From: Trichoplax sp. H2
Taxonomy: Eukaryota
Length of the DNA stretch: 64,000 bases
Direction: 5' to 3'
Assembly (NCBI GenBank): GCA_003344405.1
Contig: NOWV01000020.1
Location: 186,001-250,000, forward strand
Shown one piece after another: positions 11,506 to 26,900 of the stretch. The translations under genes were made by a program, and so were the position numbers. The notes beneath the pieces were generated by a model. The model searched no databases and had not been told where the DNA came from. It was given only the letters and a program-made list of their open reading frames with translations. Numbering within the stretch: position 1 is the first letter of the stretch; the number at the start of each line of letters is the position of its first letter.

Positions 11506-14500
11506 ATGAAGAATTCAACACTAGCTACCTTTCTTAACAACAATCTCTTATTCTTGGCAACGCTAATACTTCTGTTATTTATCAATCTATGGCTCATTAA
11601 CTTCAGTAAGTATGTTTGACTGTTGTAGTTGTCAATCGGATGGTAGAGAGGAAATAGAAACCGAGAGGACTACTCGCTATCCGTTTATTCTATCCGTAAT
11701 GTTATTGCTCTAGCTTACAGAAGGATCCAAAATGTGTTTTATATCGATATATAGCCTTGATTATACATACTAGTTGTGGCGTAGCTAGCAATACAATCAC
11801 ACTCTATCCACATCATCTACTATTACTGTAGCGATAGGGTATACGTAAACCACAAATTCCATAACAACGGACATCCATTGACCCAAGGAAATCATGCAAT
11901 GCAGTAGTAAAATGAATTCTGTCTTTTTCTACAGTAATACAATTCTGCTATCTGACTGGGTCAAGGATGAGTAACTGCTATTATCGCGTAACGATATACC
12001 AATAAAGGACTACTACTATTCTCATATATACGTACAGTAGAGATAGAAGTATTCTTCTAGTCTTGATGAAACTGCAAAAATATATAGACAATGACGCACC
12101 TGATATTCGTAATGATTAGAACTGTAATAACGAAATTATTCAGGATTATCATGATTGATATCTTACCCAATGTTCAATAAAAACCTAGCAGCGGAATGAC
12201 ATCTGCTTACACAAATAGCGACGTAGCTACCTTTTCCGTGAAAGTATGGCGTTCTATTGCAAATGTGAATTAATCTACACACGTTCATCACTTTAATTAT
12301 CGTAAGAGAAGTAATAATAGACTAAGATGACTTCTATGTCAATATCTACATCCTGAAACCTCCATGGTGATCGTTAAATCAAAATAATGTTTTGGATTCT
12401 ATTTCTAATGTGACATTTTTTAAATTTGCTAATTGCAGGATTTACCTCTTCCACTATAAAATCATCGAACGATTGTAGCGAAGAAAACAAATTATTGCTT
12501 AATGCAGTCAAGCTGTTAAAAGAACGAGATGACGTCTTACCCATTGTTGAAAATTTTACAAGATTATCGTATAAAACCCCAACACCATGCAAAAGAAATT
12601 ATAATCGCGGGTTCTGTCCGGAAATCGTTCGATTTGATCATGAAAAAGCATTAGTAGCCGGCAAGAGGAGAAAAAAGAAAGGTATTATCTAACGACATTC
12701 TTTTATGTGCACAGTCATAAACTGTATTGTTAGTACTATGGAGTCTAATTTATTGCTGTATAGTCGTAGGATAATCTCACAATTTCAGCTTCATACAGTA
12801 AGCTGATGTTGTATTTATTGGTATAAACTCTATCGGTTAAAGCAATGGCATAGTAACATATTGCATAAAGCTGTTTGTTTCACTAATACGTGTCCTTATT
12901 AAGAAAGCAATACAATTTGTACCAATAATCATTATACTTCTTTCTCTCTAATAACTTATTGCTGATATTTAAAATATACTGTAGACGTAGTAGTACTATG
13001 AACGACTCTATACTACTAAAATAGGTCATAAAACTAGTAATGAAATCATAATACTCTCCTTTTCTTATACTAATTCTTTATGCAGCTTTCCTGGCTGTTG
13101 GCATACCCACGGTGTTGCGCTTGGATGCTTTAGCCTATTACATCTCGAATACGCTATTAACCCTTATCAATGAATTAGACGAATCAAGCTTAAAAGAAAT
13201 CGTATTTATTGTATTATTGGCTGACGCACCCAAGTCAAACAGAACTTATGTCCTCAAAGATATAAGTTCACATCATTATGCAAGAATGGCGAGTGGACTT
13301 ATTCAAGTAAGATAGATTGAAGTAAAAGCCTATAGTGGTCTAAGTTCTATCAATCTAATTGAGAGTATTGTGCATAATGACTTTTCTTGTTATTTTCTTT
13401 TCCTTACTTATCATATGAAAGACTGTACACAGCTCATTACCGTTAAAATTTTACTAATATTACTACAATAAGTGGTAGTGCTGATAAAAATTAAAGTAAC
13501 AAACTATATGCGTTGAAATACGTCCAGTAAAGTAGCTATAAGAACTCGAGAATACAATACATTATTTAATCTTCATTTTTTGGTCAAGTCAGGTACAGCA
13601 TATCATGAATATGTTGAGAGAACGATAATTAAATTAATTGAAAAATTGGATGCAAATTTTTACTTTTAGATTATTGAAATACCGAAAAACTTTTATCCGC
13701 CTCTGAATAACCCAACATTAAGATATGGCGATAAATACTTTGTTAATGCTAAATGGCGAACTAAACAAGCAATCGATTATTCATTCCTCTTTCTGTATAG
13801 TATGGATCAAGCTCAATATTATATTCAATTAGAAGATGACATCTCAGCGGCTCCTCAATATTTAGGTTAGAATTTCTTACATTCGATTAACCCTGAAATT
13901 GGATAGAGGGCAGTTGTCTGTCATTGTTATGACTGGCTAAATTAATTGATACAATGTTACAAACGTGTCTTTAGTACGATTCTTATTTAATCATAAACTG
14001 TAGTAAGCGAATACTAAGACTAGCTTTTCTCATTCACAAATAGCTTCTATAAAGGATTTCATTAAAAAGCAAACGCAACCATGGATATCTTTAGCGTACT
14101 CACGGATGGATATCGTTGGAACTTTATACAAAACTTCATCGTTACTACGATTAGCTCAATTTGTGATGTTTTTTTATGATGTTCAGCCCGTATCGAAACT
14201 ATATCGCTTCTTTAATGCTATCCATTTTCAGCGGCATTCCCTGCCAAAGCTACCATCATTATTTCAACATGTAGGAGAGAAAACATCAAAGCTAGGATTC
14301 TTTCAAAAATTGACTGTCGATAGAGATTTCGAAATCGTTAAGCGAAAATATAAAGGCGATAACCCTCAAGCCGTTATTCAAACATCGATGAAAACAATCG
14401 ACGGATACGATGCCGGAATGGCGTACAGCATAATACCGGGATATTGTTGGATGAAAGAAGTTCGAATCGATGATACCTATATGATTATATTTAATCAATC

Positions 14501-14789
14501 GCACTTTCTAAGTCGTATAGCATTAGAAACTGCAACAGCGGAGCACAGTGATGATTTCTTGCGCGGTGGTGTCATTGAAGTTAGCCCAGAAAATAAAGAT
14601 GCGGCTGCTAAAAAAAAGCCATTATGTTCAAATTATATTAATTTGGGTGAAACGGATTATGGTCGCATAGATATACAAGGCGTAGATAAGGTTGCCAAAT
14701 TTAAAATTAAGTGTTTACGTATCAGGATAACAGAGCATCAAACTTCTTGGTTACTTATTCGAGAGATTGCAGTTTGGACGTCAAAATAA
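11506..14789 (+). CDS. GT54-family beta-N-acetylglucosaminyltransferase (MGAT4/MGAT4C-like), type II membrane protein, about 5 exons
   Basis: Exon 1 (11506-11605) encodes a TM anchor MKNSTLATFLNNNLLFLATLILLLFINLWLINF. Later exons read FLAVGIPTV...IVFIVLLAD, KWRTKQAIDYSFLFLYS...YYIQLEDD, PSLFQHVG and DNPQAVIQTSM; C-terminal lectin-like domain ends WLLIREIAVWTSK*. Paralogue identity is uncertain. Confidence 0.85.
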
Positions 14790-16624
14790 ATAAGTTCACG
14801 AATATTTAAGATGCTATTGCGCCTTATGAAAATCTGGATTCCGTTCTACACCTATCGCATCTGTTTTGATATCTTTGTAATATGATTAATGCCTGTACAT
14901 TTTATTATACAGTGAATATGCACAAATACATCTTTATCATTTGTTCTTGTAAACAATGTGTGTGCAACACGTAGCTCAATTAATAGCTTAAAAAATGACC
15001 TAATGATTTGTTTTGACAACTTATACAGGATGATATGTACGCTTACTGTGTAGCTATCACTTCAACGATATAGACTTGTAGTATTTAATACTGTAGTAAA
15101 TATTCACTTTTGAATATTACTTTACCTTCGTAGCAGTATGCAACAGATAACTAGCTATCGGAATTTTACTCTTGTATTGTGATCTCTATGGATAATTTTT
15201 TTACGAAACGCTCGCTTGTTTATCCAAATTAACAAAGGAATATAACGGTATACGAATACAAGTATATCTTGATATTGTGGCTCGTATATTTTAATTCGAT
15301 TTTAATGAAAATACATGTGACGAGGTGAAATCAATACTGTAAAATTCCTAAATTGTATCTACTAAGTCTGTAAATATTTATTAACTACCGTCAAAGTGGC
15401 AGATAATAGTATAGTACAGTATTATAAGGATGCTTGTAAGTAAGGCTGATTTTCTCGCTTGGATTAAATTCATTATTTGTTTTTAATACATAGCACGTAC
15501 GAATAACGATATCATTACTAGACAAAATGATGTATTATAGTTAATAAATGAGCATCTTTATATACCTTTATGGTATTCTTTTATGCTTTCATTGGTTTGA
15601 TGAAAAATTATTTATTTCAGAGAGAAATTAGACTATTGCAATGGAATGGAAGAGTTATTTCACTGGTGGAGGTTTTACTTTCGTTGTAGTATATACTGCT
15701 GTACAGTACATAATGATACAGCATTTATAAACACGGGTTTTTGCACCGTTATAATATATTCGCTGTCTTCCACTGCACGCGCAAAAACCATCACATTAGA
15801 TAGTACTTGTTATGATACAGTAGTCAATATTTAACTCAATATTAAGTCCAACAATAATTATAATCGTGATATAACGCAAGGTGCAAAGCTGTAAGCTATA
15901 GTTAAATTGAAAGTACCAAGATCGCGTTACATGAGCAAGAGTCAATTTTCGTTGATCTTACTTGTACTTTCATTCATTTTTGGAATGTTGATGTGTCTAG
16001 CTACAAAACATACACGCGTATATCTACGATAATCGTCATCGTGATCAAGTAGAACATGACGTTTCCGTAGAAACACACATGGATCTACTGCATATTGTCA
16101 GCTTACAATGTATCACTGTTTGTATGTATCTATCAGTAGATATAGTAAAATCATTGAATAATCAAGTAACAGGATCGAAATTGATTCAAAAAGATACAAA
16201 GACTTTGCAAAGCCATCTGCTGCCTATCTTTCAAGTGCAGGTTTATAACTGCCACACCCAACAAGCAGATACAGAGTTGTACAGCATAGTATATTAACTA
16301 ACGCTGTAGCTTGGATTACAAGAGTTACTAGGGTAAAATTAATCATCTTATAGCAGTAGACTGTTAACCAGTTCATCCATAGCAGATCTGGTAGATTTTA
16401 GCAGAGCTAGAGTCTAAAATAGCTTTCTCCATGGCCGGCTGACGGCATTATTCAAGTACATTATTATACACTAATACAGTATACAATTCGTAGCGCTACT
16501 CGACACAGTACATAGCATTTATACCACAAGTTTGGAGAACAAATAAAAGCCTACAAGACGTCCAGCCGTCTTGACATCCTAGAGCGATTTTACGAGCTGA
16601 TCTAGGCACAGCAACAGAATCAAC

Positions 16625-19600
16625 ATGGTGGTGGTGTTAATGATCGCTGAGAAGCCATCGCTGGCTCAATCAATTGCCAAAATTCTCTCCCGTGGCACTA
16701 TGAAAACGAGAAAAGGGATAGCTAAGCCATGCCAAGTTTATGAATATAGTGGTACATTTCATGGGCAGCAAGCTCGATTTTCGGTGACTTCAGTTTGCGG
16801 CCATGTTTATTCGTTGGATTTCCTGCCACAATACAATAATTGGGATGCTGTAGATCCTGTTAGTTGCGTCATTATTCATTGAGGCTATAAAAATAACCTC
16901 TGTTACAACTCTTATACTCTATAAAATTGACTTGCAATGATTGACTACAACGCTTAAAGTCACACAATTTTGTTAAATATTGCCAATCAATATCGATCTC
17001 TCTTTATGAGCTGCATACATGTCAGTTACTATAGGAACATGTTAAGTTGCTTAGGCATTGACTTTAGCCTTTTTTTATATTGGTGATAGGTTGATCTGTA
17101 TGATGCTGAAGTCAAGAAGAAAGATGCTAATCCTGATCAAAATATCGTTAAATTTCTAAAACATGAGGTAAGTTAAAATAGTATGAAAGAGTGAAAGGAT
17201 TATCATATCACTCATCAAGTTACTGCATAGTGAAAAGCACTATTCTGATTTACAATACAATACAGTAGTCGTGGCTGACTAAATGAAAGGTAAATTTAAT
17301 AGCTAGCTTTGTCTACATCTGTTAAATAACTGTAATGATATTTACATATCTACCAGCAGCGCTCAGACTTTATACTTACGACTGCTTGATCTTCGTAAAT
17401 AATGATAAAAAAACGGAATAGTTTCATTGTACAGAGCTTTTATCATGTATTCTATCATAGACTGTATGATCAATGCTGATATAATGATAGCCTTAAAGTG
17501 TTAAACGTACTAAAGTTGATCATATATCATATTGTATATTGCACAGTATGGAGTTAACAGCATCGCTTTTCGATATATAATATAATCCATCAGTACATTT
17601 GGATCAAGAAGTATTTAAATCATTTTGCACTATATAAAATGTCATTTTGGATATAATCTGATGTTACTATTAGGGGCAGGGAATCGATTACTTAGTATTG
17701 TGGCTCGATTGCGATCGCGAAGGTGAAAACATCTGTTTTGAGGTCATTGATATCGTCAAACCAGTCATGAGAAACTCTAGCAGCCAGGTAATCCACGGCT
17801 TATAAACTCGTATAATACTATTATACAGTAAATGAAATCAACATTTCTTGAAACTAAAATTTGCAACATGTCTATACAACAGGTAAAATGCAATTATTTA
17901 CACCTGCGATATCTGTTTTATACAGTATACCACAATAAAATATTAAGTAATCAGTGCTAGCTACTGTAATTTAGGGTAAAAACATAGTAATAATAACCTT
18001 AGGTAACCGCTAACTTTTTAATCAGTATGTAAAATTTATGTATACTGTAATTAATGAATATTAATATTTTACCAACGCTGCTATGGCCTGTATATAGTAA
18101 ACTCGTTTTAAGCTATTAACTTCCTCTTAGCTACTAATGTAAGCCGTTATGACAGAATGTCACTGTAAACGTTCGATTTTCATAATAAGATAAAAATTGC
18201 AGATAGCATTATAGGTTCATACTCTACTAATCCTTGTTTCACTATTAGATGGTAGCCGGTCTAATTTCGTATTTCTTCTTTCCATTCGCATGTTTATACA
18301 ACATAGAATATATTTCGAGCTAAATTTTCTGCCATTACTGATAAAGACATTTTTCGAGCAATGGAGACGTTAATAACTCCTAATAAGAATGAAGCTTTGT
18401 CTGTTGATGCAAGACAAGAGTTAGATTTGAGAATTGGATGTGCATTTACTAGATTTCAAACTAAATATTTTCAGGTACTTTAATGTTACATTTTTGTCAA
18501 AGTTCCATAGGAGTCGCCTCAACTTTATAATCTTAAATGGTTTATATATAATACGCCCATTTCTAAGTCAATAATCATAAAAAAATAGGGCAAATATGGA
18601 GATCTGGATAGTTCATTAATTTCCTACGGGCCATGCCAAACTCCAACGTTGGGCTTTTGTGTAGAACGTCATGATAAAATTAATTCATTCGAACCTGAAA
18701 AATATTGGAAAATCGATGTTAAAGTAAGTATGCTTCCTCACTCTGATCTGCACTTCTTTATCAGCCGACATTTTACTGTAATTAGCATATTATCATCTCT
18801 GTAAAAACGAAATATCTTTTAATGGTCTTATATTAAACTATGTCACTGTTTCAATCTCAATAGGTTCGGCATAATAATTCAACATTTGCTTTACAATGGA
18901 ATAGAGTTCGCATATTCGATAAAAACGTCGCCTCAATGTTTTGTGAAGATATCAAGGCAGTAACTCGAACAAAGTGAATAATAATTGCCATTGCAGATAA
19001 CTTCATAGTTGACGCTTTCGTTTACATTTATACTTTCAACGCTAGTTAACCGCATTATTTATCAATAGAATTCTCAAAGTAACAACAACTCAGAAATCGA
19101 AACAGAAGCCTATTGCCCTGAATACAGTAGAAATGCTTCGGAAAGCTTCATCTGGATTGAATATCGGACCACACCATACTATGGCTTTGGCTGAAAGATT
19201 GTATATTCAGGTACAGAGCTAAAACTATTAAAAATTGATGTTATTATAAAATGCTGAAAAATTTGTACGGTACTTCTTATAAATTGATGTTAAAATATTA
19301 AATTTATATTACAATAAGTTAAATAAATTATTTGTGTATTGATTAGGGATATATTAGTTACCCTCGTACTGAGACAACAACCTACCCTCAAAATTTCGAT
19401 TTCAGGTGAATAAAGCACTAGATAAAATAAGCAGATATAGTTTATTTTAATGATAAAATATATACTTGTATCTTGATGCTGTCTGTCCTGGGACAGTGAT
19501 TTCTGCTGTAGTATGAACGTGTATGATTTGCTACTGTGACTGTAGAGTTTTCAAACTTCAAGAGAACACTTATTCTATTGTCTTGAATATCGTAGAGACC

Positions 19601-22324
19601 TATTAGGCAAACTCTCATCGCATGAAGATTTGGGTGATACTGTCAAATCGTTGCTAAAAGATGGATACAGCAAACCAAAGTAAAGATGGAAACTCATAGT
19701 TATTATCAGCTAAACATTATTATCGCACTATATTATTTCCGATAGGATGGAAGGACTATGTTGCTATTAAGCGCTAATGTTATTATTGTATGAAACTTTA
19801 GGAAAGGACAGGATGCCGGTGATCATCCTCCCATCACGCCCATGAAAGTCGCTGGTCGAAATGAATTGAGTGGAGACTCTTGGCGTTTGTATGACTATAT
19901 TGTTCGTCACTACCTAGGCAGTGTACGTTTCATAATTGTATTATTTGTGAACTTGTCATTATTTCTGGCTTGTATAAAGGGATATTCAAAAACTTTTTTT
20001 GGTGCCATTTTGCTGCAATATTAGGTTATGGAAGATTGTCGCTACACGCAAACAACATACATGGTAGAAATATCTAAAGAAAGCTTTACATGCAGTGGTG
20101 CAGTTGTGACCTCACCTGGATTTTTAAGTGTTATGAACTGGTTGCAGCAAGATGAGGGCCAGAATTTGCCTAACCTTGACCGTGGAGCGGTCTTAGAAAT
20201 CACCGAAGTTAGTATCAAATTTTGTGTTATTTACTTTCTATGATCATCTCCCAATTTCTTGGATATCTTATCTTAAGGCTAAATTGAGTGAACATCAAAC
20301 GTCTCCCCCTGATTATCTTACTGAAAGTGAATTAATAACGTTGATGGAAAAGCACGGAATTGGAACAGTTAGTTAACGTATATACAGTGTTACAGTAATA
20401 AGTAGCTACAGTTGCAACATCGCACAGTAATGCTAATACATATTTTATTATTCTAAAGATATTGAATGTAGCAAAGAATCAATCAACGAAAGTATTTTGT
20501 GCCTAAAAAAGTAACCTTTATTATTGCAGGATGCGAGCATTCCAGTACATATCAATAACATCTGCGAACGAAACTATGTAAAAATTACAGGCTCTAGGCG
20601 TTTACAACCGACACAATTGGGAATTGTTCTAATTCATGGATATCACAAGGTATAGCATTAAATAATTGCTTGAAATATTCTAAATGACAATAAATTTGTG
20701 TACTAAAATAAGGCAATACAGCCTAATAATTATGTAGCTATTAAACATAAACAATTTTTAAAAACTTACCTGTTGATTTGCTAAAGATCGATTCAGATTT
20801 AGCATTACCGACAATGAGAGCAGACGTTGAAAAGCAGCTTAATTTAATTGCTGCAGGAAAGGTATAAATGACTCACACTTATGCATTATATGTAGTGTAT
20901 TTTCATGTATTTTTTATATAACGTTATATTTACATTTTTGTATTAATTTTACTATTGTAGGCTGACTTCAAAGCAGTGGTTAACTACGTAGTTGATATAT
21001 TTAGAAACAAATTTTGCTACTTTAAAGATTCAGTTTCTAATATGGATCACTTATTCGAAGTATGCTTTACTAAATTAGCAGAGACAGGAAAGCCATTTTG
21101 CCGGTAATGACTTCACTTTTACAATCAAATTTTATCGTATAAGCATTTTACCAAGAAATTTTTTGTTTGGAATAGTTGTGGATCCTGCAATAGATATATG
21201 AAGCTTATTGTTGCCAAACCTTCAAGGCTTTATTGTAAAACCTGTGATCAAACATACAGTTTACCGCAAAACGGTACTATTAAACTATACAAGGTAACAG
21301 TTGAAAACACTCTTATTTCTACGTTGGTGTCCTATGCTAGCATCATAAATCTTTTTCGAAGAAGAATTACACTCTTAGATTATATTCTTATGCAATACAA
21401 AAATGTTGGACGCAACGTATAGTTATAGATCTACCTAATTTACTCTAGGAACTTAAATGTCCAATCGATGATTTTGAACTCGTCCTTTTTTCTGCAAACA
21501 CAGGAACTGCGAAGGTTCGTAATTTTACTTTCAAGTCTTATATCGCCGTTGCATTACTATAATTCAAATCTATCGTTTTCCTTTTATGGACCCTTTAGGC
21601 AGTTCCTTTATGTCCTGCCTGCTACACAAAATCTCCATATCCGGACGTAGCAAAGAACCTAATGTGTAACCAATGTCTACATCCAACCTGTCCTCACTCA
21701 ATGATGCAAAATAGGATTCTTGACTGTCAAATTTGCGATCAGGGATCCATTGTACTCGATGCACCATCAGCACCTAAATGGAGAATGACTTGCAATAAGT
21801 ATAATTATCGGATATGTATAAACAGTTTATAAAGTTTCTGCATGGTATAGGTAAATGCTGTCGAAATTATTGACAATATTTGCTTTTTAATCACTGTCTA
21901 CATTAGATGCAAATTCTTTGTCCCATTATTACAAAATGCTTCGAAAGTATCTGTTAAAGAGGAAACATGCCATTGTCCAACCAATATAATCACAATTGAA
22001 TTCAAAGTGAGTAGAGCATTTTAATGTTGTACACGTTAGATTATGATAGGTGATCAATAATGTATAAGCATATAAAAGGATACACATTTTTGTTGATAAT
22101 TAATTAAGGATGAGTCACCATTTCCTAATGGTAAAAAATCTCACTCTGGATGTTTAAATTGTGACGAGATCTTCGTTAAATTAATTAAACTGGAAAGCGT
22201 AATTGAAGAGCAGCTGTCTAAAGGACCAAGGTCATCGATGCCTAGTCGCGGTGGACACCGTGGACATAGACAGGGGCGAGGAGGAAAACGAGGACGAGGA
22301 CGAGGCCGAGGGAAAAAAAGATAA
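16625..22324 (+). CDS. TOP3B: DNA/RNA topoisomerase III beta, multi-exon
   Basis: Toprim [17 protein letters not shown] and [50 protein letters not shown]; catalytic [10 protein letters not shown] (~19346); [27 protein letters not shown]-terminal CxxC zinc ribbons and RGG tail [25 protein letters not shown] (TAA 22322-22324). Confidence 0.96.
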
Positions 22325-23971
22325 CATATTTCTTTGCTAGATATTGTGATGGTCAAATTTTTCTCCATTTATCTTCAATGTGCAACCTACGCGTGTTGGT
22401 TCTGTCAGTAGTAAAATGTATAATGAAGTACTGAAGCGAAATGTATGCTTAAAATACGTGTATAATTTTATATGATATGAAATTGTTCAAATACTTAAGT
22501 AAACTTATACTACATAACTGTAAGACGATAGGCAAGTTCACTCCAACTCAAAGTAAATGGGCAAATAAATTACAGAATATTTATAGTATTTCCTATGTAG
22601 CTATCGAAATAAAAAACCATTTCAGTTGATTATTTGGTTAATACTGTGATATACTTAAATGAAATCGTCTTAATAATGATATTGTCTTTACTAACAGTAG
22701 ATCTACGTGTACATTGTTTAGCGCTAGATTTCGATGTCTATAAAAATGGTAGTGCTTAAAATCGTTGTAACCTTTCCGATCCATATCGGTTTTTCACGGT
22801 ATCAAGGATTAGACGCTGATAGGATGTTACGAAAATTATAAATATTAACTTGATAAGTTAATAAATATGATAGGATTTAGGATTGTGAATAATTAAGGGT
22901 GTGAGAAAGTATTTGCTAATTCACAATTATATAAATCACTTGTTTCCTACGTATTGTCACAACTGGTATTTTCTTCCTGAGAGATTCCCGGGATAGAACG
23001 TACACATACGAATGTATGTATTGTATGCTGCATATTCGAACTGTAACTTTACTAGATATCAGACTGTGAGTATGACAAAATCAAATTAACTGATTGCGCA
23101 AGCTATCTACACTTTAAACCTTCTAATGAATAGACCAGGCTCATACTCAGCTTTCGATACACATTGAAACGTTGAACTTGTTCTATTGGTGGTTTTGCCC
23201 AATTGAATTTCAATTACTTTATTATCATTTGCAGTTGTGAAAGAATTGTTAACAAATATTTTTCTTTCATTAATAAATTTGAGATATCATACAGCAAATT
23301 TGAATCTACCCGAAGTTAACAAAAATGGTATCGCGACCTTTCAAATTTAACTGTACCAGAAAAATTTGGGTAACAATTGAAAATGTTTTGTTTAAAATAA
23401 ATATAATGTGCATAGAGCTTCAATGCAAGCATCGCGTTAAGAGTACTGCACCTTTTCATACTTGTATGCAATACTCGTGAATTTTTAATATTCATCATTA
23501 ACGAATCATTAACTCAAAAACTTAAGTAGAATTGATTTCCACAATAATAATAACTGATAACAGTTATCAGGAACATACAATAAGTATTTATGTCGGTGAT
23601 TGATTGTTGCAAACTATTTTCATAAAGTTACTAAACTACTGTATTCGTATCAAATAGTAATAAGAATTTAAAAATTACATAAATAGCTTTTGACCCATAA
23701 ATAGATGCCCTATTAAGTTATATAATATTATAATATAAATAAGTGTTGAAATTTGCAAAGTGTAAATATAGACAATAACCTACGAATGAGTTTATTGCAT
23801 AGAATTATTTTTAAGCAAAATGTTTTTGAAGTCCCAAATAAGTGTTAAATTGAATAATTTATCGGCCACGCGCAGTAAAAAAATAGGAACCGGTATAAAC
23901 CAGTGATCATCTTCAAATAGTATATAAAGTTTTGATTGGATCGTCTAAGAATTTTTAAAATTTTAATTTCT

Positions 23972-26900
23972 TTACACCTTCCCTGTCATCAAGTTTAAAT
24001 TTGAGCCAATAGAAGTATGAGGGCTACCGACTCGTGGACTTCCCAGGGGTGATGGTTGTAAACTACTACTCTCACTTAAGACCGGAGTGTTATTCGTACT
24101 GGCGGCAATAAAGGAAAACATTGATAATACTGTATAGCAAATTTTCTTGCACTATAGTAAGAAAGGAAAAAAGGTTTATCGTCAGTAACTGAAATGGGTA
24201 AAGACATCGAGCCTGCGACATTTCATCATGATTTAGATATAGTATTATGATTCTTGATTTTAAGGATTTAGACATTATCCAAATTTTATGCTATACTATA
24301 ATTGCTATAATATAACATACCACAGGTGATCCAAATCTATGGCGAACCAACTCAGATTCATTAACTGTAGAGTTGAAGGAAATACTTTGTATTATTATTT
24401 CAAAAGTAGCACCTCTTTCCTCTCATTTAATAGCATGCTTGAAATTAGAATAACTAACCGTATTCGTCAAAATAGAAGACGTCGCCTTGAGTGCCACAAT
24501 TTTTTACAAATCTTAAATCGATGTGTTTCTAAAGAGGTCAATTATAAACCCAATACCAATATTAAAAGAGAAGGTAATGGCCAATTTTAGATGTGCTAGC
24601 AAAAAGTAATAAATGTTACTATCAACTATGCCACTTTAACGCGTCTTACCATTTTACTTTCTAAGGTAATATCAATACCATCCATAGTAATTTCGAGGTG
24701 TCCAGTCTGATTCGTGTCTAAATCCTTTCATAACACCATTATTTAAAACTATTAGTCATTTTATTTACAAAAATGGAAAGTATTACTGATAGTTAATGGC
24801 CAATGTAAAAGTTTTAAATGAACTAAAGAATCTGGATCTAACCGATATCTCATATAGTCCTTCGCCTTCTTGTCCCCCTAGTGAAAATTGACGAATAATA
24901 TAAAAATTGGTAACGCATTTATAGCTTGACATTAGAAAGTCAAAATGGGCAATATAGTATAATAGATGTCACCTTCAATATTACTTGTAAAGCTTTGTCG
25001 AAGAGCTGCTCTTTGCATACTTTCCGTAATGCTCTTATAAAGTTTTCGGCACTATAAGACATTTTGAAGAAATGTAATTGTAAATATGGTAATAAAAAAT
25101 TCTACATTAAATTAGTGAATTAGGAGAAGGTAGCAGCAGTATTAATATATTACTTACCTTTTTAGAATAAAACTTATGTAGTGCTGTATCTTTCCCTTCT
25201 TTACACCAAATACAGAGGACTTTCACCTTTGGCGAAAAAGAAATATGAACAATTTTTTCGTACCACCATCGTTGAATAATCACTCCAACTCCACTCCTTA
25301 ACATGATACCATCGTCACATATCTAGATAATGATTAGAATGCAATAATGACTTGAATACTTTGTATCAATGCAAAATCCATATTTGTTGATTAGTTTATT
25401 TTATTAACTTTGTAGCATATGACAAACCTCCATAAAATAAAAATCGTCCAGCTTATCTGTACCAGCTCTAACTACGTATGTCGATTTTCGATAAGTTCTA
25501 CTTGGCCAAGCTTTGAGATCAATATCGTTTCCTTTCTGCGTGTATTAAATATTCATAGGATTAAATACTATGACAATAAAAGTGACAGGAAATACAAAAG
25601 TTTTGCAAGATTTTAATGAATATAAATACGTTCATTTGAACGTTTTAAAGGATCGCAACTCACCAAGCTATCCATGACGTCTAGAACATCATTTACATAC
25701 TGACTATGAGTAATGCCAACGTGTGATTTACCAAGTAGACGACGAATTTTACTTTTAATCGATTGTTTATTAACACCAAGAGCAACCATAAAAGCGACCA
25801 TATTGTATAACATGACAGTTAGTACATAGTCTTCTTCCTCTTCTAAACGTCTCCTCTCCGGTTGACTTAATGAGAAATATCTAAACGAATAAATAAAAAA
25901 TTAACTTGCAAAATAACTCCATAACAGATACTGCATTATATAATTAACTAGTATAGGTATAGGACGATATTTTTTATTTGCATACAAGGTGCAATAAAAT
26001 AATAAAGTAATTACCGGTCAATTAACTCTGATGATCGTTCATTCATTCCTATAGTATCACGTTCTGCCGTTACAGCATCTAAATAGGCAGATTCCCAAAA
26101 TTCCATACGATCCCATAAAAGTGATCGATCTTTGGCTGTAAAGCCTTCAAATAAGTAACGGCGACCAACATCAGTTTTAGGTTGTAATTGAATTAGTTTG
26201 CCTCTATATCGGTAGCCATTACTAATACGAGATTTCGGACCAGATTTCCTTAGTGCATTACTCATCTCTTTCGAGATTTCTCTAAAGCCTTCTCTATCGC
26301 TGCTATCGGAATCAATAGAATTCTTATTTTTGAGAAATGAAGCATGATTGATTTTAAGTCGATGACGAGTGTAACGAGACCATAACGCAGTTGGCGAAGC
26401 TGGAATATCGTAAATTTCCAAACTTGGAGTACTTCCGAGTGAATCACAACTTTCAGTACTATCTTGTAGAGTTAATTTTCCCTTCGCTACTAATAATCGG
26501 TCATTAACATTTTCAGCAGAAGATTGCCTACTATTAACATTAAGTCTATCCATTGAAGTACTGATGTTCTTTTCACTCATGCTATTAGTTCGGCTATTAA
26601 CTTCACCAGGCACTTTACTACTTGTTGCATTCTTGCTATCTTTACTTTTGGGATCGTTCACGGTATCAATGACAACATATTCATTGGAGCTAGATTCGTT
26701 ATCGCTACTTAAACTATTTGGTATATTTTGCTTGATTGATTTTCGCTCTACCTCCATGATAGTTTGAGTTATATTACCATGGCTACTGATACCGCAATCG
26801 CGTTTACTATCACTAGTTTCTGAAGTTATGGACTGATTTTTACTATCAAAACTGCTATCTGTTGTATTGTCTGTACTACTCTTCCTACTAGTATCAGCAC

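Noticed and set aside
14850..16600. Short ORFs between the MGAT4-like gene and TOP3B
   Set aside because: No homology, no coherent splice pattern, and their lengths are consistent with chance in AT-rich DNA.
22141..22368. Pro/Arg-repeat ORF on the minus strand
   Set aside because: It is the antisense shadow of the TOP3B RGG tail.
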